This document shows, piece after piece, positions 17,973 through 26,442 of a stretch of 32,000 nucleotides of DNA. The notes beneath the pieces are model-generated. The model ran no database searches, was not told the origin of the DNA, and worked only from the letters and a program-made list of their open reading frames with translations. The position numbers and the translations under genes are program-made. This DNA is from Pirellula staleyi DSM 6068. GTDB lineage: Bacteria > Planctomycetota > Planctomycetia > Pirellulales > Pirellulaceae. The DNA is taken from NCBI GenBank assembly GCA_000025185.1, contig CP001848.1, positions 2,220,001-2,252,000 on the forward strand, given 5' to 3'. Position 1 is the first letter of the stretch; each line of letters opens with the position of its first letter.

Positions 17973-19550
17973 TTACGACAGCTTCGTATCGCTCGCGCGA
18001 TGGGTGTCGCTCATGCTCGAGACGATGGGGCGATCGATGGCTCCATCGGGCCGAACCGCAATCACTCGGATGGCAGGCTGCAGGATCTCGGTCTTCACGT
18101 TCGGCATCAACGCGAGGAAGGGAACGGTCGCTAGCCGCACCAACGATGAAATGCCAAACAGCATTAAGAACGCGGCGTGATTCTCGCCACCAAGCTGTAG
18201 CACGATAGCGCCGATGATAGCACCGCACATCATGGCAACCGCATTGCCAAAGTTGTAAAGCGTGAGCATGTACATCCGCTCGGTGCGTGGGATCGCTTCG
18301 AAGAACATCAGCATCATGGCGAGTTCATAGGCAGCCCAAGCAACTCCGGAGAGAAGTTGTACGAACATCAGGTAACCGAGTCGGGGCGAAAGTTCCCAGA
18401 GCATCGACGTGCCGCCGAGTTCCACCGAAAACGGAATCGACGATGTGCTGATCCAGTCGCTAGCGACCCAAAAACTGCTGATGGGAACGATTGCGAGGCC
18501 ACCGATGACCAGTAGTCGTCGGGCACCATAGGCGCGGGCAATTTTGCCCCAGAAGGTGAGGGCGAGCACTTTGCCAGCGAAGCTGATTCCCATCAGGATC
18601 ATGAAGTTGAAGTACGACAGCTTCTCTTCACTGAGCATGAACGGGGTGAAGTAGGGTCCGCTGATCTGCACTGCGGTTTGTACCAGCAGCAGATAGATCA
18701 CGAGCCGTCCGCTCGATTGGCTACGCGTGTGAGCGAGTAGTTCGCGGATGCTGAAATGGCGGGGGCTGATTTGGCTCCGGCCGACGTCGCTATGGTTTGC
18801 CAGACAGGTGGCCGAGAACGCGCGGCAGGTGGCGGCGATCAGGAAGATGCCGGCGAAAGCGGCGAGCAGCCACGAGTGATTGCTGCCAACCTGAAGGGCA
18901 ATGCCACCGGCCACAAAGCCCAGGAGTGTGCATACTTGGCTGATGCGTGAACGGCAAGCGAAATAGCGGGTGCGAACGGTTTTCGGGACCAGCCCTTCGA
19001 TCCAGGTGTTCCAAGCAGGTGCGGTCGCTAAACCGGCGGCCCAGTAGAGGGTTGCGGCGGCGAAAACCCACAAGGCAGCAGCTGTTGTGCTGTAGATCAT
19101 GGCTGCCAGCGGCATCAGCAGCAGGGCGACAGCCTGCACGCTAGCGCAGGTGACGATCCAGCGTTTGAGGGAGCCAAACTTGTGCACGCCCCAAGGGGTG
19201 GCTAGTTGAAGTAGCGCACCGCTAAGCATCGGCAAGGTGGCGACAAGTCCCGCAAAGGTTTCGCCGGTTCCGAGTGCGAGGGCGAAGGGGGCGAAGTAGG
19301 TTTCGCCAATGCCTACCATCACGCTGTAGCCAGCGGCATCGCCGACACTCGCGCGAAGGTCGCTACGGGGCGATGTGCGATGCCCGCGAACCGCTGCGGG
19401 CGCTAAGTCTGCCGCAGCTGGCGTTTCCGCTGTCGAGGAAAGCTGCAACGCTGGAGGCGCGGAGGCATTTCCCAAGAAGTGAGGGGCACTCGGAGCAGAC
19501 GAAACTTCCCGGCGACTGGTGGTCGGCCTGGGCGTGGCGACGGCGGGCAT
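17973..19550 (-). CDS. MFS-type transporter with a disordered N-terminal extension
   Basis: About 12 hydrophobic segments are present, e.g. GYSVMVGIGETYFAPFALALG, LVATLPMLSGALLQLATPWG and MLTLYNFGNAVAMMCGAIIGAIVL. I prefer the ATG at 19550. The GTG extension to 19670 uses rare A/T-ending codons (TTA, AGT, AAT, AAA) that are atypical for this window. Confidence 0.75.
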   Translation of the reverse strand: MPAVATPRPTTSRREVSSAPSAPHFLGNASAPPALQLSSTAETPAAADLAPAAVRGHRTSPRSDLRASVGDAAGYSVMVGIGETYFAPFALALGTGETFAGLVATLPMLSGALLQLATPWGVHKFGSLKRWIVTCASVQAVALLLMPLAAMIYSTTAAALWVFAAATLYWAAGLATAPAWNTWIEGLVPKTVRTRYFACRSRISQVCTLLGFVAGGIALQVGSNHSWLLAAFAGIFLIAATCRAFSATCLANHSDVGRSQISPRHFSIRELLAHTRSQSSGRLVIYLLLVQTAVQISGPYFTPFMLSEEKLSYFNFMILMGISFAGKVLALTFWGKIARAYGARRLLVIGGLAIVPISSFWVASDWISTSSIPFSVELGGTSMLWELSPRLGYLMFVQLLSGVAWAAYELAMMLMFFEAIPRTERMYMLTLYNFGNAVAMMCGAIIGAIVLQLGGENHAAFLMLFGISSLVRLATVPFLALMPNVKTEILQPAIRVIAVRPDGAIDRPIVSSMSDTHRASDTKLS

Positions 19551-19844
19551 GGCGACTAAACTTCGATTCGCGGTTAAGCTATGGTGGTAGGTTGCGGTGT
19601 GATAGAGAGGGGAGGAGCGACTTTTACTCCTCTCGCGCCAGATGGACAATCGCAGATCGCTATTGTTCACATAACCAGGATCGCTTGGGCTGTGGTGCTT
19701 GTGAGTTGACTTGACATCAACCGTCAGCCACAGCCTCCTTTACTCGCTATTCGCCACCCCTTACTGCAAGTGGCGATTAGCTTTCGGTTGCGAGTGAGTC
19801 ACCCTAGTCTGATTCGCCTCGCGGCTTCCCGCAAAGTGAATTTC

Positions 19845-20582
19845 ATGAACACAACGATGGTCGACAATCGAGCGGCGGTGGACAAATCGGGCGACAAGGT
19901 GCGTCGCATGTTTGGCGAAATCGCACCTTACTACGACCGGATGAACCACGTTCTATCCCTGAATATCGACCGATACTGGCGTTGGAAAACAGTCAAGCGC
20001 CTCGCCCCCGTCGCAGGCGAGCCGATACTCGACATGTGCACCGGCACCGGCGATCTTGCTATCGCTTTCCTGAAAGCAACTGGCGGGAAATCGGAGATCA
20101 TCGCGTCGGACTTCTGCCGCGAGATGCTCGACATTGGCGAGATTAAAAAGAAAAAACTGACCTCTGGTGAGCAGATCACCTTTATTGAAGCCGATGCTCA
20201 AAACCTGCCGTTCGAGACCGATCGCTTTAGCATTGTGTCGGTGGCATTTGGCCTGCGTAATGTGGCGAGCACCGAAAAGGGGCTGAGCGAAATGGTTCGC
20301 GTGGCACGACCCGGGGGCCAAGTAGCGGTGCTTGAATTCTCTAAGCCCGAGTGGCAACCCTTCAAAGCGATCTACGGATGGTACTTTCACTCAGTGCTTC
20401 CGCGCATCGGACAAAGCTTTGCTAAGAACGACAGCAGCGCTTATAGCTATCTGCCGGCGAGCGTTAGCCAGTTTCCCTCGGGGGAAGAGCTCGCGGTGAA
20501 GATGCGAGATGCTGGACTGAAAGATGTGAAGTATTACCCCATGACCTTTGGCATTGCCACGCTCTATGTGGGTGTGAAATGA
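19845..20582 (+). CDS. ubiE: demethylmenaquinone/ubiquinone C-methyltransferase (SAM-dependent)
   Basis: VRRMFGEIAPYYDRMNHVLSLNIDRYWRWKTV is the UbiE/MenG signature. The SAM motif is ILDMCTGTGDLA, and the sequence continues FGLRNV...EFSKP...SAYSYLPASVSQFP. ATG at 19845. Confidence 0.9.
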   Translation: MNTTMVDNRAAVDKSGDKVRRMFGEIAPYYDRMNHVLSLNIDRYWRWKTVKRLAPVAGEPILDMCTGTGDLAIAFLKATGGKSEIIASDFCREMLDIGEIKKKKLTSGEQITFIEADAQNLPFETDRFSIVSVAFGLRNVASTEKGLSEMVRVARPGGQVAVLEFSKPEWQPFKAIYGWYFHSVLPRIGQSFAKNDSSAYSYLPASVSQFPSGEELAVKMRDAGLKDVKYYPMTFGIATLYVGVK

Positions 20583-21277
20583 GCCTTCCTCTCGTAGTGG
20601 CGATCACCGGTGCCAGTGGTGCCGTGTACGCCGTGCGGCTGCTCGAGGTTCTGCGTGAAGCAGGAGTCGATGTCCATCTGGTGATTAGTCCCAGTGGAGC
20701 AGCTGTCATCAAGCAAGAGCTTGGTGTCGATATCGATTTGGTGAGATTCAGGCCCGATTCCCTCCTCCCTTCGGCGGCAGATTCGGCGGCCGATCCAAAG
20801 ATCGCCGCTGTTCGCCATTTGGCCGGTGTTTCAACGGGCGATAGCAGCGTGCTGCCAGTCGCCACGAAAGCACCGGGAGAGATCATTTACCACTATCACA
20901 CGAATTTCATGTCGCCGATTGCCAGCGGATCGTTCCTCACGCGGGGCATGGTGGTTTGCCCATGTAGCGGCAGCACGATGAGCGGCATCGCCCACGGCAG
21001 CAGTACGAACTTGGTACAGCGTGCTGCCGACGTTCATTTGAAAGAACATCGCCGGCTGGTCTTGGTGCCGCGCGAAACGCCGCTGTCGACCATTCAACTT
21101 GAGAACATGCGCATCGCTGCTCAAGCAGGAGCCGTTGTGCTCCCTGCTATGCCAGGTTGGTATCACGGCGTGAAGTCGCTGCAAGACTTGATCGACTTTA
21201 TCGTCGCGCGAATCCTCGACCAACTCGAGGTTCCACACACGCTGATGCGCCGCTGGGGCGATTCTGCGTCGACCTAA
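20579..21277 (+). CDS. ubiX: UbiX-family flavin prenyltransferase, with an internal insertion
   Basis: VVAITGASGAVYAVRLLEVL, SGSFLTRGMVVCPCSGSTMSGIAHG, RAADVHLKEHRRLVLVPRETPLS and VVLPAMPGWYH match the UbiX/Pad1 pattern. The start overlaps the ubiE stop as ATGA (20579-20582). Confidence 0.9.
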   Translation: MSLPLVVAITGASGAVYAVRLLEVLREAGVDVHLVISPSGAAVIKQELGVDIDLVRFRPDSLLPSAADSAADPKIAAVRHLAGVSTGDSSVLPVATKAPGEIIYHYHTNFMSPIASGSFLTRGMVVCPCSGSTMSGIAHGSSTNLVQRAADVHLKEHRRLVLVPRETPLSTIQLENMRIAAQAGAVVLPAMPGWYHGVKSLQDLIDFIVARILDQLEVPHTLMRRWGDSAST

Positions 21278-21304
21278 ATTGGCGATTCTTTTTTCACAGC
21301 CGCG

Positions 21305-22462
21305 CTACGCCGCTGCTCTTGCACCAAGCTTGGGCAGTAGCGGATTCGCAAGCGACTTGATCAAGAACTCAAGATCTTGCGGCACAAGTTGCCGTTCTGT
21401 CGCAATGCCATCGATCGGCCTGCTGACCACGAAGTAATGAGCTCGCGCCAGGAGTGTGCTATCGATTCCCGCGATACTGGGAACGACCAGGATGTTGCAG
21501 TCGGCATCGCCCGTGAATTGACTCGTGGGAGATGCGAAAAGGATTTCGATTTCTGGACGAACTTCCGCAGAGATATTGGTTTCAAGCCAACTGGGAATCC
21601 GCACCTGTTTACGCTGCAAAGCAGTGAGCCGGACAAGCATTTGAAGATCGCTGATGCTTCGTTTGCGGAGCCCGCGTGGGCACTGCGTTAATCGAGCAGG
21701 CCGATTGTGGTAGGCGATGTTGGGTCCGTCGAGCCAGTTCTTTGGATGGGAGGGTGCAGGGGGATGCCACAAATGCACCGGGACCGTCCACCACATGATC
21801 GTTTGCAGCGATAGCCCGGCACGTTTCAGCCGCAGACCAAAATCGCGATCTTCCGAGCCCCAGCCGATGAACATTTCATCGAAGCCATTCACGCGCTCGT
21901 AGTCTTGTCGCCAAATGCCGATGTTGTTGCTCGTTAGAACGGGACGAAGTGGATCGCGCAGCAGATGATGCTTGGTGTCTTTCATCGCGAGCTTGAGCGC
22001 GGCAAGTCGGCTGCGCCAAGGGACCAAACGCTGATAGCTGCCGCTGCGTGCTTTTTGCTCGTCGATACGCGCCGAGATCGACTGGGAAAGACGGATGCAA
22101 TCGCCGATCCGCACGACACCTGCACGACGTTTGCGCAGCTGCGTGGCGAGAAAGTTGGGGGCGATCAGGCAATCTCCATCGAGAAAAACGAGGTAGTCGC
22201 TCGTGCTGGCAGCAGCCCCCTCGTTGCGACATCGCGACGGACAAAATCCGGTGTGGGGATGTGTCACAAAGCGAACAGGAAAAGGAGTGGTGGCGGCGAA
22301 CTCGTGGGCGATGGCCGAGGTTGCATCGCGCGAGCCGTCGTCGGCGATCACCACTTCGATGCGCGACAAATCGATCGACTGCCCCATCACACTGGCCAGG
22401 CAGCGCGAGAGATTTTCAGGTCGCTCGTAAGTGCAAATGATGAGCGAAAGGTCGGGCTGCAT
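21305..22462 (-). CDS. family 2 glycosyltransferase
   Basis: LSLIICTYERPENLSRCLASVMGQS...EVVIADDGSRDAT...YLVFLDGDC carries the GT-A fold DxD signature. The later GWGSEDRDFGLRL is typical of GT2. Confidence 0.85.
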   Translation of the reverse strand: MQPDLSLIICTYERPENLSRCLASVMGQSIDLSRIEVVIADDGSRDATSAIAHEFAATTPFPVRFVTHPHTGFCPSRCRNEGAAASTSDYLVFLDGDCLIAPNFLATQLRKRRAGVVRIGDCIRLSQSISARIDEQKARSGSYQRLVPWRSRLAALKLAMKDTKHHLLRDPLRPVLTSNNIGIWRQDYERVNGFDEMFIGWGSEDRDFGLRLKRAGLSLQTIMWWTVPVHLWHPPAPSHPKNWLDGPNIAYHNRPARLTQCPRGLRKRSISDLQMLVRLTALQRKQVRIPSWLETNISAEVRPEIEILFASPTSQFTGDADCNILVVPSIAGIDSTLLARAHYFVVSRPIDGIATERQLVPQDLEFLIKSLANPLLPKLGARAAA

Positions 22463-22652
22463 GCCACGGTCCTCGGCGACGAACGCTCACAGACGCAGTG
22501 TTTCACCAGAAACACGCGCAAGCCTAGCGCGGGGTAGATTCGCCGGAAGTGTACTCGCCCTGCAGCGTTCGCCCAACATCAATCGGCGTAGATCGACAGC
22601 GATTTCGCTGCGAAAATTACGGACTCAAATGCTGCGGACTGCATTCAGATTT

Positions 22653-23195
22653 TCAGAGGCCAAAGTCGCGAATCGACAGCAGCGTTTGCAGCGGATAGCC
22701 TCGGGCAGCGAGCGTTTCTGCGCCACCTTCGAGTCGATCGATGATCGCTAGCACGCCGCGCACCTTCAAGCCGAATGCTTCAGCCTTCTCGATAGCGGCC
22801 AGCGAACTGCCACCGGTAGTGACGACATCCTCGACAATCACCGCCGATTCGCCCGCGAGAACGGGACCTTCGACATCGCGTCCTGTGCCGTGTGCTTTGG
22901 CCTCTTTGCGAACGATGAATCCCTTGAGAGGGCGACCAGTTTGACCGGCAAGAGTGATCACCGCGCCGGTGATTGGGTCGGCGCCGATCGCCATGCCACC
23001 GACCGCATCGGGCCAGTCGCTGCCGAGGAGTTCGAGCATCCCAGCGCCGATGAGATTGGCCCCCGCACTATCGAGCGTCACTTTGCGGCAATCGAGATAG
23101 TAGTGGCTCATTTTTCCCGACGCGAGCTTGAACTCGCCTCGCGCTAGAGCCAATTTCCCGACGAGTTCCATGAGCGCGTTTTTGTCGTACTTCAT
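22653..23195 (-). CDS. pyrE: orotate phosphoribosyltransferase
   Basis: ATG (cat at 23193-23195) gives MKYDKNALMELVGKLALARGEFKLASGKMSHYYLDCRK. The PRPP-binding loop is AVIVEDVVTTGGSSL. The track extension to 23432 is junk-like. Confidence 0.92.
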   Translation of the reverse strand: MKYDKNALMELVGKLALARGEFKLASGKMSHYYLDCRKVTLDSAGANLIGAGMLELLGSDWPDAVGGMAIGADPITGAVITLAGQTGRPLKGFIVRKEAKAHGTGRDVEGPVLAGESAVIVEDVVTTGGSSLAAIEKAEAFGLKVRGVLAIIDRLEGGAETLAARGYPLQTLLSIRDFGL

Positions 23196-23350
23196 CGATC
23201 GAATTCCCCAGTGACGTTCGCAGCGGAGGTGGTGCCCAGCAAGGCAAAACCAACGTGGGGAGTATGACCGCTCGCGCGTATTTCGATCAACCGGGGTAGC
23301 CCTGCTTCCCTCGCCCTGGGAGCGCAGAAACTCGCAGAAAATCGGTCGAT

Positions 23351-24670
23351 TTAGGGCCGAATCGCCACTTCCGAGCCAATCGACAGAATGCTGTAAACAT
23401 CCTTGGCATCGAGCGTGCTGAGGCTCACGCACCCCAGGGTCGCGCCGGGAGTTGCCCGAGCGGCACTACCATGGATTGAAGCTTCACGACCGAGATCGAT
23501 CCACCAGCCACCGTAAGGATTGGCCGCATCACCACCGGTGATTGTCTGGCCACTCTTGCCGTAATAGGTCCGATCGCGACGTTTGTCGGCCACTTGGTAG
23601 TCGCCAACTGCTGGGCGTTCATCCCCCAGCTCAAACGGAAATCGTCCGGCGTACAGATCCTTGAGATAGAGGGTGACTTCCCCCTCGGAGAGATCAACCA
23701 CAGCGCGAAACGGGCCTGGGACAACTTTCAGCGTGGTTCCTGAAAGAACCGTTTGAGGATCGCTGACAGCCGAGCCGTTGATGTTCTGCAGCAGTTGCCA
23801 AGGAACTTGAAATTTGTCGGCGATGTCGAACAGCGATTCGTTCCCCCGCGTGGTGTAACGATCAGCGAGCAAATGTTCGCCAGAGTAAATCACCTTCGCT
23901 GCCAAGGAGTCGAGCCAGTTGTGCAATTGCTCGCGAGATTCGGCAGGGAGTTCAGGTTTCGCATGATGGGGCGAGAGGATCGCTAGTGCTTCTCGGAACT
24001 GTCCCGCAGCGATCATCTGCTCGCACGTCACCATGTCTTGCTTGAGCTGATGGATCGCCAAGTTCCGGAGTGTTTCGTCGGAGACATCGCTCCCCATCGA
24101 CTGGGCCGGGGGGGGCGTGCTGACACCGTAGGTCGACGCTGGCGCGGTTTCAGGCGACGGATCTGCCAGAGGAGGGGCTCCGCTCCCTGCTGGGGCTGCA
24201 TTGTCGGTCATCGCAGGGACTTCGGCTGCAGGAGCACCATAGGTGCTACGGCGGATTCCGGAATCACCCTCGGGAATCGAATCGCCACTCATGTTGCTCG
24301 GGGGAGCTGGCAAATTGGTCGCGGAATCAACCGGTTGATAGGTCGTCGCAGGAGAATTGTCGCTGCCATATCGCGAGGCTTGGGGATCCAGCGGCGGCGC
24401 AGCAATCACGGTCGTGGGATCTTGATAGGTCGCAGGCGAGGCATAGCCGCTCGATGGCTGCTGCGACGCTGGACCCAGGTTATAGCCCGTTGAAAAGCCA
24501 GCCGCCGATTCGCTCGAAGGTGGCATCGAGATATCTAGCGGCGACGAGTCGCTTTGCGTCCCTGCGGGGGACATATCGTCCGACTGTGGTTTATTGAGAG
24601 TGACATAAACTCCGTAGAGCACTCCCAAGAGCACCACAATCACAGCCGTCGATTTTAGTGAATTCATCAT
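23351..24670 (-). CDS. membrane-anchored LysM-domain L,D-transpeptidase (YkuD fold)
   Basis: The N-terminal TM anchor is AVIVVLLGVLYGVYV, followed by a long Ser/Pro/Ala-rich linker. The LysM-like segment is ESLFDIADKFQVPWQLLQNINGSAV...GTTLKV. The YkuD catalytic motif is IHGSAARATPGATLGCVSL. Confidence 0.85.
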   Translation of the reverse strand: MMNSLKSTAVIVVLLGVLYGVYVTLNKPQSDDMSPAGTQSDSSPLDISMPPSSESAAGFSTGYNLGPASQQPSSGYASPATYQDPTTVIAAPPLDPQASRYGSDNSPATTYQPVDSATNLPAPPSNMSGDSIPEGDSGIRRSTYGAPAAEVPAMTDNAAPAGSGAPPLADPSPETAPASTYGVSTPPPAQSMGSDVSDETLRNLAIHQLKQDMVTCEQMIAAGQFREALAILSPHHAKPELPAESREQLHNWLDSLAAKVIYSGEHLLADRYTTRGNESLFDIADKFQVPWQLLQNINGSAVSDPQTVLSGTTLKVVPGPFRAVVDLSEGEVTLYLKDLYAGRFPFELGDERPAVGDYQVADKRRDRTYYGKSGQTITGGDAANPYGGWWIDLGREASIHGSAARATPGATLGCVSLSTLDAKDVYSILSIGSEVAIRP

Positions 24671-25049
24671 CGTCCTCCCTGACGACGCACACGCCTCAAG
24701 TCCTGGCCATCGTGGACACGCTTTCCAATCTTGCCAACTGCACAGGTGCAGCTATGCGAGCGCGGTACGACTCGTGCGCGAGGGGGAGTTTAGTGCGCGG
24801 CCGATTTTCATCCTAGATCAGTTTTTTGATCAGCTCGGGCGATTAGCGAGTCTAGGGGGACACGCTCTTAACCAGCCTTTCTCGAGGCTCCAGAAAGCGG
24901 ACTGCTAGCGACCATCGTGACGCTATATCGACCCAGAGATCGCTGCTGTGGAAGGCCGCCGAGTGGGCGATAACTTGCTCGCGATCGCCCAAGACATTCG
25001 CTATATTACGGAGACTCGCTTCCGCTACTCATTTACGCTCGCCCCTTCG

Positions 25050-25682
25050 ATGCACGACGAATTGCCTAACGACGCACACTTGGTCGCAGCTGCTCTCGCT
25101 GGCGACGATCGCGCGTTTGGGGAATTGGCCCATCGCTATCAGCGAGCCATCACTGCTGTCGCCTACAGCCGACTCGGCGATCATGCCTGGGCGGAGGATG
25201 CCGTTCAGGAAGCGCTCCTCGCTGCTCACCGCTGGCTCCACACGTACAACAGCATCTACAGCTTTCGCACCTGGCTCTGGACCATCGTGCTGAATCAGTG
25301 CACCCGTATCGAGCAGAAACGGGGCCGCGCTCGACGGCGTTTTAGCGCGACACTCGAGCAAGCAGAAGCAACGGGACAAACCGTGGCGCACGATCCTTCT
25401 CCGCTGGCCGCGCTCGTGGCCCAAGAGACCAGCGATCACGTGCATCTGCTGCTCGATCGTTTGCCTGAAGGACAAGCCGACGCTCTACGTTTGCGATTCT
25501 TCGGTCAACTAAAATTTGAAGAACTCGCCGCTGCACTTGGACTGAGTGAGAGTGGCGCAAAGAATCGTGTCCGCCTCGGTCTACTTCAGCTGAGTGCTTG
25601 GCTTCAGCCTGCAGCGACCGATTCTACCGACGCTTCACAAGATTCGCCTCAGGTTGCTCCATCACGAGGAGACTCGGCATGA
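25050..25682 (+). CDS. ECF-type RNA polymerase sigma factor
   Basis: ATG at 25050. Region 2 reads FGELAHRYQRAITAVAYSRLGDHAWAEDAVQEALLAAHRWLHTYNSIYSFRTWLWTIVLNQC. Region 4 reads LPEGQADALRLRFFGQLKFEELAAALGLSESGAKNRVRLGL. Confidence 0.9.
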   Translation: MHDELPNDAHLVAAALAGDDRAFGELAHRYQRAITAVAYSRLGDHAWAEDAVQEALLAAHRWLHTYNSIYSFRTWLWTIVLNQCTRIEQKRGRARRRFSATLEQAEATGQTVAHDPSPLAALVAQETSDHVHLLLDRLPEGQADALRLRFFGQLKFEELAAALGLSESGAKNRVRLGLLQLSAWLQPAATDSTDASQDSPQVAPSRGDSA

Positions 25683-26434
25683 AAACCATGCTGTCGTGCG
25701 ATCAAGTGTTCGATGTTCTGACACAGGGACCTTTCCCGCAGAACAACGCGCGCGATGACGAAGTCGAAGTGCATCTGAGCATTTGTCACAGTTGCCGCAT
25801 GTTGGCCGAGGCACTTCGCCCCGCTGTGCATGCTTTGGGAGCCGCTGCAGCCGACGATGCCTCGCGTAGCGCTCTCCCCGAATATCGTGGACGGCTCCCT
25901 TCCCTGGCCTCGCAAACTGTGAGTCTTGCTAGTTCCATCGACGAGGTACTACGCCGCGAGGCCGACGAAAAGCCGTGGCGCGGCGATGCTGTGCAGCAGG
26001 CTCGACTTGGCCAAGCCGAGCAGACCCGAAAAATCGCGCAGCAGTCAGCACGTCGTGCGGCGCAAATTGCCGCGATTTCGCTATCAACAGCCGCTGTCGC
26101 CATCGCTTGTGCAGTCATGATGTGGGTGGGACTCTCGATGAGCTCCGGTCCAGACGAATCGACATCGATCGCTGCGTTTTCACCATCACGAGCAACTGCT
26201 ACCAGGCCACCTTCCGCCGAGGCCCTCGTGCGGCTGGTCTCGCTGAATCTGCCGAGCGACTGTCGCCCCGCACATTCGCCGCTGCTGGAAAAAGCATCAC
26301 GTCACGAAGCTTTCCAGGTGAGTGCCGACTTTGCATGTTGCACGCGCTGCCATCATTCCGCTTCACGTTTGTCGCTGGGTGACAAGTCACTGGCCGTAGT
26401 GGCTCACAGCTGCATCCATTGTCACGAGAGTTGA
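25679..26434 (+). CDS. zinc-binding (ZAS, HxxxCxxC) anti-sigma factor, single-pass, with two CXXCH motifs at its C-terminus
   Basis: The ATG overlaps the sigma stop as ATGA (25679-25682). The N-terminal H-L-S-I-C-H-S-C matches the ZAS HxxxCxxC motif. The TM segment is AAQIAAISLSTAAVAIACAVMMWVGLSM. The C-terminal tail contains C-T-R-C-H (26339-26353) and C-I-H-C-H (26411-26425). Confidence 0.8.
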   Translation: MKTMLSCDQVFDVLTQGPFPQNNARDDEVEVHLSICHSCRMLAEALRPAVHALGAAAADDASRSALPEYRGRLPSLASQTVSLASSIDEVLRREADEKPWRGDAVQQARLGQAEQTRKIAQQSARRAAQIAAISLSTAAVAIACAVMMWVGLSMSSGPDESTSIAAFSPSRATATRPPSAEALVRLVSLNLPSDCRPAHSPLLEKASRHEAFQVSADFACCTRCHHSASRLSLGDKSLAVVAHSCIHCHES

Positions 26435-26442
26435 GCCGAGCG

